A stretch of DNA of 64,000 nucleotides from Mayamaea pseudoterrestris (lineage: Eukaryota): the NCBI GenBank assembly GCA_027923505.1, contig BROI01000028.1, positions 186,001-250,000 on the forward strand, written 5' to 3'. Below, piece after piece: positions 49,601 to 61,401 of the stretch. The notes beneath the pieces are model-generated. The model saw nothing but the letters and a program-made list of their open reading frames with translations, searched no databases and had not been told where the DNA came from. Both the position numbers and the translations under genes were made by a program. How positions within the stretch are numbered: position 1 is the stretch's first letter; each line of letters starts with the position of its first letter.

Positions 49601-51159
49601 TTATCGCAGTGCACCGTCTGGGTGCTTCACAGAAGCTGCATGATAACATGGCGGAAAGTACGCTACGTGCACCGGTGGCGTTTTTTGACGTGACACCTCT
49701 CGGGCGAATTTTAAATCGCTTTGCTGCCGACATGGACAAGATTGATCTGGAGCTCACTCAGTCTGTTTCGCAGGGTGTATCTACAATCTTTAGCGTGTTG
49801 GGAGCTGTTGCTGCCATGGTTGCGGCCACGAAGGGTACTTTTCTTGTTCCTCTGATTCCCATCGGCTATTTGTATTATCTGATCCAGAAGTGGTTTCGCA
49901 AGACTTCGACCGAGCTACAGCGAATTAATAGCATCGCAAATTCTCCTATATTCACCGACTTTTCGCAGACCTTGTCTGGCACCTCAACGATTCGTGCATA
50001 CGGAGAGGAGCATCGGTTCTTTGACCGATGTAAAACGTCGTTCGATACACAAAATGCATCATACTTGCTTGTCCAACTTGCGAGTAGCTGGCTTGGGATT
50101 CGCTTGGATATTCTTGGTGGATTGATGGGCGCGTTCATTGGCGCCATTGCCGTTGCCACATTGCCCATCGGTTTGATTCCAGCAGGTTGGCTGGGTCTGG
50201 CATTGTCTTACAGCATTGAGGTAACAAATTTTTTAAAGCTCGGTGTACGTATGATCGCGACAATTGAAGCGCAAATGAATTCGGTTGAACGAGTCCTCGA
50301 TTATACAAGCAACATTCCGCAGGAGGCACCAGAGTTCATTCCAGAAAATGACCCAAAACCTGGTGAATGGCCGAAGGAAGGAGGCATCACGCTTAACCAT
50401 GCATCAATGCGCTACAGGGATGGTCCTCTCGTTTTGAAAAATATATCGCTTACTATTAAGGGCGGTGAGCATGTTGGAGTTTGTGGGAGAACGGGTTCAG
50501 GCAAATCGAGTTTGATGACGCTGCTGTTCCGTATCTGTGAACTTGAGCCGGATGGAGGGAAACTTGTCATTGACGATATTGACACATCGACCATTGGCGT
50601 GTCACCACTTCGTACAAACCTTTCGATTATTCCTCAAGACCCTGTCCTCTTCTCGAACACGGTACGGTACAACATAGATCCATTTGGAGTTGCGACTGAC
50701 GAAGAGATATGGGAGACACTTCGGAAGGTACAAATGGACGATGTGGTGAGAGAGCTGTCCATGGGATTGGACGAGCAGGTGGCCGAGGGCGGAGAAAACT
50801 TTTCGCAAGGCCAGCGCCAGCTGATGTGTATTGCCCGATCACTTATTCGTAAACCAAAGATTTTGGTAATGGACGAGGCGACAAGTTCTATAGACAACGC
50901 GACCGATGGCCTCATTCAAGAAATGATTAGAGTTAACTTCAAGGATGCGACAGTCCTGACAATTGCGCATCGGCTTAACACCATTATGGACAGTGATCGG
51001 GTGCTTGTGTTGGATGATGGGAATGTTGCAGAGTTTGATAGTCCTCATGCTCTTTTACAGAAGGATGGCAGCTTGTTTCGAGCTATGGTCGAGAAAAGTA
51101 AGGATGCTCAGTCGGAGACGTTGGTGGTCGACGATGACAACAACAACGATCGACTTTAA
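46686..51159 (+). CDS. ABCC/MRP-type transporter (TMD1-NBD1-TMD2-NBD2, no TMD0); introns 48004-48074 and 49317-49387
   Basis: IKFYAWE; NBD1 [34 protein letters not shown]2 [18 protein letters not shown]. Two 71-nt GT-AG introns join three ORFs. Confidence 0.93.
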
Positions 51160-51397
51160 GCGCCGTGGTTTTTTTGTATAAAATGTATTAGACTACGTGC
51201 GCATAATATAAAGCATATAAGTATAAAAAGAGTGTGTTTTTATCATGCTTGTCGTTTGCAAGCGATGGGCTCCGCGATGCAGCTACAAATTCTCCGCTGG
51301 CAACCCGAAAGGCGTCGCAATAACTCAGGTAAACTTCGAACACCTCCCTTCAGCGTATCAGAACACCTTAGTAGGATATATCGTGCGAGACTTGTAA

Positions 51398-51496
51398 TCA
51401 TAAGCCATTTGCCAGCGTGTTCAGGAATGTGCCGCTCATAATTAAATAAAAATGACCGCAATCACACACCGTCATTCCGCCTGCAAACGGCGATGA
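51398..51496 (-). promoter_or_regulatory. SECIS element in the SPS2 3' UTR (form II-like, atypical apex)
   Basis: Helix I GCCGUUUGCAGGCG/CGCUGGCAAAUGGC. Core AUGAC/UGAA (tandem G.A). Helix II GGUGUGUGAUUGC/GCGGCACAUUCC. Apical ministem UCAU/AUGA. Confidence 0.75.
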
Positions 51497-51527
51497 GCAA
51501 TTCACTCGCGTTGTCCATTCATTCAAT

Positions 51528-52926
51528 TCAAAACTCGATAATGCTAAGATCATCTAAAATTGTAGCCCTGCGCCCTGGATCGTCTGTGACGCGTCCAATG
51601 ATCCATGCAGGACAGCCATCCAGCTCCTCCAATTCCCTGCAAAATTCATCTGCGAGCTCCTCTGGAACACAAATGAGCAAGCCACCAGAAGTTTCGGCCG
51701 AATAACCAAGCAACAGACGGAAGTCAAACACCTCGTTGTTAATTTTGGTAGTTCCGGCAATGCAAGGCAACGTATGAATCTCCATTCCAACAGCGTCGAC
51801 TTGATTGTCCATCAAATTCTGCGCATGTCCAAGTATTCCAAAGCCAGTAACATCCGTCGCCGCATGCGCCCCGTGCTTGAGCATCAAGCGAGCTCCGTTG
51901 CGATTCAGCCGCGCCATGGAGACAATCGCCTCGTGCATCATTGTTTCCGCAGCCTCGACGTCAAGCAATTCCTTGTCGACACACTTTTTCCATGAATCGT
52001 TTTGCTTGTATTTCCATTGATGCACATTCACCGCAACCTGCGTCCCAAGCGGCTTGGTCAATATGACAACGTCACCCGCCTTGGCTCCATCCGACTTGAT
52101 AAACTCATTCTCCGAAACAATCGATGTTGCTACACCTCCAATGATTGGCCATGGATTCAGCACCGTCTGCCCTCCCGTAATGGGCGCATCGCACTCGTTG
52201 CAAGCATCTCGAAAGCCTCGAATCATTTCTCTCGTGCAAATGGCTCGTTCCTCGTCTGGCATGTCACGCGAGGCTGCAATGAGCATCAACACATAATCAA
52301 CATGCTCCGTTCCTTCCGCAAACAAGTCTGACAAGACATTGGCTGCTCCAATCCGTCCCTGCATGTAGGGCGAGTCGACGAGTGGAAAGAAAAAGTCGGT
52401 TGTGGAAATGCAAAAGTGACCTTGCCGCGTCTTGCGAACGCTGCAGTCCAAGGCGATGCGACCGTCGGCCGTCCCAAGGTTGGCACCATCTCCCAAATTA
52501 AGATCCCTCAGCAGAACTTGTAGTTCCTGCAAGTTGAAAGACAAAGATATATGCAGGAACGGTGACGTGAGATTGTGCGGCATGGAAGGAGACAGCGCTG
52601 TGTCCGGCTGTCTGATTAGCCAATGCGCAAGTAACACGACTCAACGTACCTTTTGAGGGACCTATTAGAATAAAAGAAAGACAAGACAATGTTAAGAACC
52701 AACTAGTTCTCTCAATTATACATAATATCAAGCAAAGCAATTCATGTACACTAACCTTGCAGGCTCATCCCTTGAGCTGTGAAAAGTTCGTCAATGACCA
52801 GCCAGCCGGCAAGCCGATGGACGTGGGATCAAAGTTGCAAGTCTCGCTACGGCCAAAGGAAAGCCTCCTCTTTGGTTTGCCGCTCATGCCTTTGCAATGG
52901 TACAGTAAGCGAGGTACCGTCAGCAT
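51528..52926 (-). CDS. SEPHS2: Selenophosphate synthetase SPS2, a selenoprotein (in-frame UGA at 52767-52765); exons 52926-52756, 52661-52650 and 52526-51528
   Basis: The spliced frame reads LTNFSQLKG-U-ACK|VPQK|ELQVLL, then TTDFFFP, ANVLSD, GGQT, DVTGFGILGH and ETSGGLL. The start may be 52926 or 52887. Confidence 0.92.
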
Positions 52927-53247
52927 GGAGGCGCCTTGCAAGTTGTCACAATCGAACCTCCTGCATTCGCGCGGCTGTCACGCTTTCTCATAACCGCTAA
53001 GACAAAATCATGACGTCAACAATAGAGGTTCCGCGTCCTCTCCGCATCGCTGATTTTGCTGCCGCCAATGCGCCATACAATCTTCGTTCCCATCGAAGAC
53101 CAATGGACAGTTGAGAAACGACGACGCGCTATCGTATCTTGCTTACACGTTTTTCTCAAGCAATAACACCTTGTAGTCGGATATCTTGCTAGCTGCTCGA
53201 CACGTCAACCAAGGATTCCCCACCCTGTCCGCCACGAGCAAAAAGTC

Positions 53248-55993
53248 ATGACTACAATGATTGAACAGCAACCGATAGACGGACAGCAGCCTTCCACGGC
53301 GACGACCTCGTCGAGTCCAAAAGGCCGTCCACCGAAGCCAGTTCCATTTGGCTATGAATATGCCACACCGTCAAACTCTTCAACACTCAAGGAAAAGTCG
53401 ACCACAACTGATGCAGCAGCCAACACTACATCATTGAACAAGACATTGACTGCAGCCGCTGCTGCACCTTCCACTGCAACGTTCTCAGCGATGGACTCGT
53501 CGCTGTCGAGTCACGATGACAGCCGACGTAATCTTCGCGCCGATGTGCAAAAGCGCCGCAAGAGTCTGACGGATCGGGAGATTCAGTTTCTGAATCAACT
53601 TTGCGAGCATGGCAAGGAAATGGAACTACAAGTTGCTCGGACGAGACTACTGGATGAAGCACTCTTTCCGGAATATGATGATAGTCCAAAGAGTCAACCG
53701 AATGATGTTGAAATTGATGCTGATTTAGATGCGAGTGAGCACTCCTCTAGTGACTTGATTCAGTATGGAGGCGAACGAAGTGCGGACTTGATGGAGGGCG
53801 AAGCAACAAAGGAGCCTGATATTCTGACCACTCCGGCTCCAAGCGAACGACTTTTGAAATATCAGCAAATGTCCTCATCGAGTTTGGGATCTGAAAAGAG
53901 ACAAATGCTGCTGGAGAGTCGCAAAAAGAATGCAGTCTTTAACAGTCTCTGGAAGTCGCATCAGAATGGACTATCGCTCTCGAAGGGAGCCAGTCGTCGC
54001 AACCTTTTGGAGCGACAAAACAGCATTAACCGATCCATGCGGACCAGTGGAGGAGGCGATGACATTTTTCGATCACGTCGCAACAGTGCATCGTCGCCAA
54101 AGAGTCCCAGGAATGATATCCAGAGTGATAATTTTCGCCGAGCGTCACGACGACCTTCCTTTCGCCGCAGTCAAACGTTGAGTACGTCAGTTTTAGGAGG
54201 GGGCAGACGGGCAAGCGCATCCAATATTCTGGGAGGCAGACGGGCTAGTGCATCCAATGTATTGGGAGGTCTTGCCGGCAAGCCCATTATGCGTCGTCGG
54301 CAGTCGGACGTTTCGCAAAAGTCTGTCACCTTTGGAGATTTGCCGTCGGAGCGAAAAGACGATGACGAGGATATGGATGCGGGTTTTCTTGATTTTCTCA
54401 AGAGAACGCCTCAGTCAGACTCGTTGAGTTCGTTTCCGTCACTTCACAAGGCACATCGAGTTGGATCTATAGGTTCCCTGTCCATGAGATCGCTCTCGAG
54501 CATTCCTTCTCTGCACTTGGCAAATCGAATTTACTCGCGATCGCAGTCGTCGTTTCGATCATCTCTCTCGACTGGAACGGATTGGGACGTGAATGAAGAC
54601 TCAGCAACGGAAGGTGGCGAAGAAAAGAAGGTGGACGATTTACCAGAATATATGGACATTGACGAATCAAACGACATTAAGGTGCTCCAACCTCTAAGCA
54701 AAGTCTCTAGCGTTGACCTTTCTCGCCCTGTACTGGTGTCAAATGCCCATGGCAACGACGAAGAAGGTATGGAAGTTGCTGACTTTGGACTATTCGCCTC
54801 TGACGACAAGGAACGTCAGCAAAGTGGGCCACTTTCTGTTGACTCTGCTCGTCGTTTGGGTAGTCTCGTGTCATTTGGTGCTGGGAGCGAATGTATAGTA
54901 CCTTCAGCTTCCTTCGACGAGACCATGAGCCACGGTCGAGTTAGTGCTATTTTCCGGCGGTCCAATCTCCTTCGAACGCTATCTGATGATGATATGTCTG
55001 GTGTGTACCTCGGCGGATCGCGACTCTATCGTCACGAGTCGAGCAGCGTCAAGGAGGTTCAGCCTACGGATGATGACGTTTCGTGGATTGGAAGTGACGA
55101 CGACGAATTCGACCATTACGATGCTTGGAATGTCATTAAGGATGATTACGCTAACGGCTATGGAGGTGGTGGTACTCTACCGTTTCTTATTCTCGGGACT
55201 TTTGCGGATGACATTGATTCTCAGCCGCATGTTTTGTCGCCACCTTTGATGGAGAGCCTACAGGAATTTTTGCCCTTTGAGATGATGGGGGAAAACTTTT
55301 GGATGAAGTATTCTTTAGTTCGAGATGGTGCAAGTATGATTGCGCTTTTGAAGGCTGCCCGAGGAACCAAGTACTCCATTCTTGCCATTGAGACGGTAGA
55401 TGGCGAGGTGTTTGGCTGTTTCACGTCGCAAGCGTGGCGGAAGAATTGGAATTACTACGGTGGAAGCGAGTCGTTTCTTTGGCGCATGCAGCATACGCGT
55501 AAGGAAAAGACGAGATCAGTCATCGACCAGGCCCAAATGGAAAGCGATATTGAGGTTTACCCGTACACGGGTGCCAACGACCATATTCAACTTTGCACCA
55601 CCCGCAAGATTGCTGTCGGTGGGCGCAGTGAGCAAGATGCCAAAGAAGCTGAAGAAGATCGTCTTCATCCGTCACTTAAGAATGTAAAGGACTACGAATG
55701 GGGATTTGTAAGTTGAACGAATTGAGAGCACAATTGTATACCCAATGAACTGCGTACTCAACACACTGTTTTCGCAACTTCAGGGTCTTACGATCGAAAA
55801 GGACTGTTTGACGGGAACCACTTCTCCATGTATGACTTTTTCGTCACCATCGCTATCCCATGAACACTCGGATGGAAGCCTTTTTGAGATAATGAACATG
55901 GAGCTGTGGACATTAACCCCTTGCGCGACGGTAGAGGATGCGGAGAGGCTGGAGCTTGCCAAGTTATTCCTGGAGGAGCACACGCCTCGTTAG
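53248..55993 (+). CDS. TLDc-domain (OXR1/NCOA7-like) protein with a long disordered N-terminus; intron 55708-55783
   Basis: YSLVRDGAS, GEVFG, YYGGSESFLW, IAVGG, then spliced GLTI..G.TSPCMTF.SP.L and ELW. Confidence 0.88.
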
Positions 55994-56334
55994 ACTGATT
56001 AGGAGTAGTTACTTAACATATTATTCTCATTTGCAAGTCCTCGCTTTCGGTAGAGTCAGCTAACGATTCATAATACTAAACGACCGTGGACGAGAAAAGT
56101 GGAGTATTCATGTTGCACAAAAAACAGCTAAAGCGAACTTTAGTCGTATACATCCTAGCCTCCGCCACACTTGTGAGGACAGTCATGACGAACGCCGAGG
56201 AGTCATTAGAACTACTCCAGCGACGTCCAAGATCTTCTTCGCGATTCGATACGCAGCGACCGCTGAGCACATGGAAGCTTCAGCACACCCAACGATGCTG
56301 CTGGCTGATCCTTTTCCTTCTATTAGCAGCAACA

Positions 56335-57874
56335 ATGGCGGATCCTAACAATCACAATCAATCTCCACAAGATATAGGAAAAAATCCTTTGAGATCAGAT
56401 GAAGTAAAGGACGTTTACGATACTCTTTGCTCGCTCATGACGGCCGCACCTGATGCATCCGCTGCTCCAGCAAACCCAGACTCTAGGCCGCAGTGTTCAT
56501 CTCCAGCATCATCCACTGATCAGGCATTTTTCGAATCGAGATCTGACTGTTTTAAATCGTGTCCGAAGCAATTGCAGCTTCCGATGTTTCTATCAAGTAC
56601 GTACTGCTTCCTGCTGCGCGCACTGCTGCTCGAGCAACGGAAACATAAGTAGGAAAAAGCAGCCGTAACTTATCAAATTCTCATGCTTGTTGCAGAAACA
56701 TATCACATGATTGATAGATGTGACGATGACATTGCCGGCTGGAGTGAGCAAGGAGACAGTTTTGTAGTAAAGAATGTGGATCAATTTGCGGCGGTAAGTG
56801 GCAAATCAGTGGGATTGGCAATGCAATCGTGTTATGGATCGTATTAACTCTGGTCTTGTTTTACAATGCAGAGCGTTCTGCCTTTGTATTTTAAGCATAG
56901 GTAAGGCTATGCCGGTAACTCATCGTAGTGAATGAGGCACAAGCGACGAAGTCCCTGTCCCGAACACGGACTCGGTGATTGACTCACCAGCACCCTCTTA
57001 ACTTTTTCTATGCTTCTTCTTATTTCTCTTGTTTCAGCAACTTCTCAAGCTTCGCGCGACAATTAAACTTTTACGGGTAGGTTGAGCTAGAGTTGAACTA
57101 TTTGTTTCGCGTTGATTCCATGGCTAACGATATCCGTTTTCATGTTTAGTTTTAGAAAGCTACGGAGCGAAGGGATACTAACTGCTGCTGCCGATCCACA
57201 GTCTGCGAATTTTGTTCGATTCTATCATCAAAACTTTCAACGTGACAAGGTAAGTCGAGCCATTATCTTTTAGCTGCTGCTATGCATGACCATGTATCAC
57301 TTGCTAACGGAATGTGGTTTGCTTGTCACAGCCTGAACTACTGTCCGAGATTCGGCGAGCTACTAAAACCGACCAGCAATCAAAAGATGATTTAGAAGCA
57401 CTAAAGCAGGAAGTAAAGACATTGAAGCACGCGTTGGCCGTTACGGCTACAGAGTATGATCGACGATTGGCAGAACTATCATATGATTTTAATCGACGAT
57501 TGAATGCTACGAACGTACAATACGAGAAGCTTGCTGCTCTTTTAAGGCAATTGCTTCCATCGCACCTGCAAGGAGATGCTGCTTTAGCGGCCGCGCCCGC
57601 ATATCCCAACCCAGCAACGTCAGACCTTACCGTCGCCGTTGTAGCTGCTGCCGCCAACTCAATTCTTAATTCATCGGAGAGCCCGCCCACGCAACGAAGC
57701 CAGGCAAATCTGCTGCATTCGCTCAGCCAAGTGGCGGCAGCGCATGCGCTACAGCAACAGCAGCAAGCAAATGGCCACATCGGTGTTGCTTATGAAGATG
57801 CAAAGAGACCAGCCGACTCGAATGGCGACGAGCATTTGTCAAAGCTGCCGCGGCTGCCGGACGCTGGAGACTGA
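56335..57874 (+). CDS. Heat shock transcription factor; exons 56335-56596, 56696-56793, 56872-56900, 57038-57076, 57150-57249 and 57332-57874
   Basis: The spliced DNA-binding domain reads [66 protein letters not shown], followed by a coiled coil. Confidence 0.92.
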
Positions 57875-57937
57875 AAGCTGCTGCTCTTAAACCTACTGGT
57901 ACCAATAAATTGTACATATGTAATCTATTTTTCCTCT

Positions 57938-60730
57938 TTAGCATGTACGCCGTGCGAAGAAAGATCTAATCTCGCCAAGCCTGTGGTCGAACGAACGTTG
58001 TTGGCAGCATTCGTTCTTTGCTCCCTTTTTTAGCCAGTGCGGCAAACCATTCCAAACTCGCGTATCAGTTAAGTAGCGACTGTCCAAGAGCACAATGGCT
58101 GCATAATCATTGGCGTGGCGAATAGCACGACCTATACTTTGGTTGACTGCCCGCATGCAGAGATTGTTATAGTAGTCTCGGCCGGTAACTGTTTTCGCTG
58201 ATGATCGGTCCATGGCTGTCATTTTTTCTTTCAGCTCTGGATCGGTTATGTCAGGGTAAGGCAGGCCAACGACGGCAACACACCTCGCCATTTCGTTGCT
58301 AAAGTTTATTCCTTCCGATAGTTTACCACCGATTACCGACAAGAGTAAAGCTCCACGTTCTGTTGCTGCGTCGGCGGCGTAAGCTTGCAATGAGACTTCG
58401 ACCATTTGGGCGTTCTTTGGTTCGCGATGGATCGCTTTTTCTAATTCTAGCTTGTCCCATACACCCGTCGCCTTCCAGCGCGTGACGAGACATATTTCGT
58501 ATGCGTACGACGGCAGAAACAAGACCAATCCATTTGGAACAACACTTGACATCTTCAATAGTGTGAGACCTAGTTCGTCGCACACAGCCGTCGTCGACCG
58601 AGCATGGTGGCGAAAGTCCAGAGTTTTGCCAGTGACGCCCGTCGACATGCACTGCAGCAAGACGTTACTTGATGCAACAACGTGGTCACAAGTAAAAGCT
58701 GTGAACGTGGGAGAAATGAATGCCTCTGACAACTTGTTACTGCGCTGCATCATTTCATCAGCACTAGCCGCGTCCCGAATCACATCCACATTTTCGTGGC
58801 CCAACAGCTCGGCAGCAACATGAACGAATGGACGCAGCGTACCACCCACCAGCGCCACTGCGTATGCTTCAGTTAATAAAGGGTCAAAGAACGTGGCTGG
58901 ATTCAAAAGCACATAACGGAGTGTTGGATGCTGCACAAGCGAAGCCTCATTGGGCAGATCAACCACAATTTTGCCTTCCTTGCTGCTGCCCGAAAGTTTT
59001 TCAAGAAATGTCTCAACAAGCGACATGGCCGAAACATGCTTTGAAAGACCGTCATCATGCTGTATGAATGCGTCATTCGTAGAACACTTGACACCTTGCT
59101 TCGCTTTCTCTAGTCGATAACTGGTAAAACCAAGGAGCTTCTGAGCGAGTCTCGATTTCTCCATGTATCGAAGTATTTTGTACAAATTGACATTAGCCAA
59201 GCGTAACTCATACAAAAGCTCGTCTGAAGTCATCATGGAGTCTCGCGTCTGCTTGTTCGCTAGTCCTAGATATTTCTGGATCTGCACTAATATGCGTCGA
59301 AGCTGTCCAAGGTAGTGAAGGTTGCGACCAGCCAGGCGATCAATGTACTTTGTCGTATATGCGGCGAGCTGATCAAGTGCGGATTGTACCACTGGCAGTG
59401 ACAGTCGTGAAGTGTGCAGTGCTCTGAGCGCTTCTGGTAAATTATGCGCTTCATCAACGATAACGAAAGATTGTGCAAGACTCAATCCGATTGATGCTCG
59501 ACTTTGCTTTGACAAAAGCATACTGTAAGGCAAGACGACAACTTCAGCTGCCGCCAAGGCCGCGCGGCTCGCATAATATGCGCAAGTTTGCACTTTTGAG
59601 CCAATGCTGGCAGCTTCTTCAATGTCAGTAGGTTGTGCCAGTAAGTGCAGCGCCAGTGTATCAACCGCGCCATTGGCGAGCAAAGGACAGCTGCTGCTGG
59701 ACGACTTTTTCAAATCCAGACATGCATCGTTAATAGCAGATTCAATCTTGTACTTGGATAAGAGATCCTTGTTTCCACAAAGTGTTTTGCGTCCACCAAG
59801 GGCCACGACGCGGACCGACTTGCCCCATGCTGTCCGACGCAGCTCCGAAACAAATTGCGAGAGTTGACTGTGTGTTCGAGCGCTGTATATAATTTTGCGG
59901 ACACCAGAAGAGGGTTTCACGCCACCTATAGGCGCTATGTTAGGTGATAAGGAAGCGTGTGCGTTGCGCAAGGCAATGGAGCCATCCAAGGCTGCTCCGT
60001 TCAAAAGTAAACCAGCGTGCGATGGTGTGCGCTTGGAAGTCCACTGGAAATCATTTTCATCATCGTCATCCTTCTCAGACTGCTTCGTGTCGCCATCAGA
60101 CTGGTAGCCTTCCATTACAAAGTCAATATCTGATTGCTGCTGCTGAGGCTGAGCCTCTTCGTTACGCTTACGTTTGGCGAAATTATGCGATTGTCGAGAG
60201 TCTTGTTTCATTTGTACCAGTGCCGAGCGTAGCACGTGCTGACGCTTTTGGGAATCTCCACCCAGCTGGTTCTGGATTCTCGCCAGTTCGTCAACAAGAT
60301 CTTTCCTCGCTTGCTGGGCCTTGGCGCGAATATCCGTCTCGGCCTGCTCCATCTCTCGCTGCTGTGGCGAAACAAAGCTATCGAGCCAATCGATTCCAGT
60401 GGACAAGGTGGAATTTGGAGACTTGCTGATCGCACCTTTGCTTTCGTTCAAATCTTGACTCTCGACATGTCTTAACCAAGCCATGGATGCGCAGGCGAGG
60501 CTCAGACTCTTTCCAGTACCAGTTGGCGACTCGAGCATGAGCACTCGACAACGCTGCTGCGTTCGTTTCGTCTTGTCAACCACGGCTGGCTGGGCCAAGG
60601 ACTGGAGAATCGTATCCATGAGGGCAATTTGCTGCGGATATGGGTTCTCATATGGAAATGGTACAGTGGATCCTGTGGGATAGGACGAAGAGCATCCTGG
60701 AGGATCGTTTGCGGCGCAGGAGGACGCCAT
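57938..60730 (-). CDS. DDX11: DDX11/Chl1 FeS DNA helicase
   Basis: FPY.PYPQQ, ESPTGTGKSLS, RTHSQLSQF, FeS cysteines, DEAH, GKLSEGINF and NQSIGRAIRH. The start was chosen at the ATG at 60730. Confidence 0.92.
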   Translation of the reverse strand: MASSCAANDPPGCSSSYPTGSTVPFPYENPYPQQIALMDTILQSLAQPAVVDKTKRTQQRCRVLMLESPTGTGKSLSLACASMAWLRHVESQDLNESKGAISKSPNSTLSTGIDWLDSFVSPQQREMEQAETDIRAKAQQARKDLVDELARIQNQLGGDSQKRQHVLRSALVQMKQDSRQSHNFAKRKRNEEAQPQQQQSDIDFVMEGYQSDGDTKQSEKDDDDENDFQWTSKRTPSHAGLLLNGAALDGSIALRNAHASLSPNIAPIGGVKPSSGVRKIIYSARTHSQLSQFVSELRRTAWGKSVRVVALGGRKTLCGNKDLLSKYKIESAINDACLDLKKSSSSSCPLLANGAVDTLALHLLAQPTDIEEAASIGSKVQTCAYYASRAALAAAEVVVLPYSMLLSKQSRASIGLSLAQSFVIVDEAHNLPEALRALHTSRLSLPVVQSALDQLAAYTTKYIDRLAGRNLHYLGQLRRILVQIQKYLGLANKQTRDSMMTSDELLYELRLANVNLYKILRYMEKSRLAQKLLGFTSYRLEKAKQGVKCSTNDAFIQHDDGLSKHVSAMSLVETFLEKLSGSSKEGKIVVDLPNEASLVQHPTLRYVLLNPATFFDPLLTEAYAVALVGGTLRPFVHVAAELLGHENVDVIRDAASADEMMQRSNKLSEAFISPTFTAFTCDHVVASSNVLLQCMSTGVTGKTLDFRHHARSTTAVCDELGLTLLKMSSVVPNGLVLFLPSYAYEICLVTRWKATGVWDKLELEKAIHREPKNAQMVEVSLQAYAADAATERGALLLSVIGGKLSEGINFSNEMARCVAVVGLPYPDITDPELKEKMTAMDRSSAKTVTGRDYYNNLCMRAVNQSIGRAIRHANDYAAIVLLDSRYLTDTRVWNGLPHWLKKGAKNECCQQRSFDHRLGEIRSFFARRTC

Positions 60731-60879
60731 GGTCGATTTTGTCGGCGACGCCGCGATCCGGCGGATCTGTGTTTTCAGTGACGCTTTGTAAGGTGAGACT
60801 CCATCTGATTCGCGAACGGTTCGCATCTTTTTGCGGAGGTTGACAGGTTGCCCCACAACCTCGGCCTACCTTATTGACC

Positions 60880-61401
60880 ATGTTAAAAAGAATCATCGCT
60901 GTCCTTATCTTGCTAATATTTTTCTCACCAGCCTCTCCTCAGGACCAGCGCCGTCTTGAAGGGCGACATGAACGCAGCGGCGGGCGCCAGAATCAGAACC
61001 GCTGCCCCAAGAGCTGGAAAAGTTTGCAGCAGCGCTACCGCCGCAACAAGAAAAGGTGGGAAACCAAGGCTCCCTCCACAACATGCTATGACATGGCCAT
61101 CAAGCCAACTTGCTTCTGCGCACCAGCCTACACTTCGCCTCACTACGTGCAAGTCCGCCGCGGCAAGGCTCAAAACTCCACGACGGATGAGTTTGCTGGT
61201 CAAATGCCAATTATCAATGAATTGTTTCGCATACTAGACAAGAGTTGCATTCGAAACTGTCCGAAATCAGGAGCCGCTGAGTGTAGGGTGGAGTTTGACA
61301 AGAGATATGGCTATATTACCTCGCTCTACATTGATCAATCAAGAATGATTGCGGATGAGGAACAGGAGTATACCGTCTCGAGCTTGGCCTTTTGCGATTG
61401 A
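60880..61401 (+). CDS. Secreted DUF6174-like protein
   Basis: Signal peptide, then W...Y...CFC...V.V..G...I.ELF...V.FD..YGY...YID....ADEE..Y.V, a pattern I recognise from bacterial DUF6174. Confidence 0.65.
   Translation: MLKRIIAVLILLIFFSPASPQDQRRLEGRHERSGGRQNQNRCPKSWKSLQQRYRRNKKRWETKAPSTTCYDMAIKPTCFCAPAYTSPHYVQVRRGKAQNSTTDEFAGQMPIINELFRILDKSCIRNCPKSGAAECRVEFDKRYGYITSLYIDQSRMIADEEQEYTVSSLAFCD

Noticed and set aside
46611..51159. Split ORFs (ABCC, also Timeless, APR, HSF, annexin) as frameshifted pseudogenes
   Set aside because: Canonical GT-AG introns restore each reading frame.
51295..51355. Second hairpin in the SPS2 3' region as the SECIS
   Set aside because: It has an 11-bp stem and AA but lacks the 3' GA of the core. 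The element at 51398-51496 fits better.
1313..60730. Timeless and DDX11 (known interactors) as a functional cluster
   Set aside because: They are more than 50 kb apart with over 20 unrelated genes between, which is consistent with chance.
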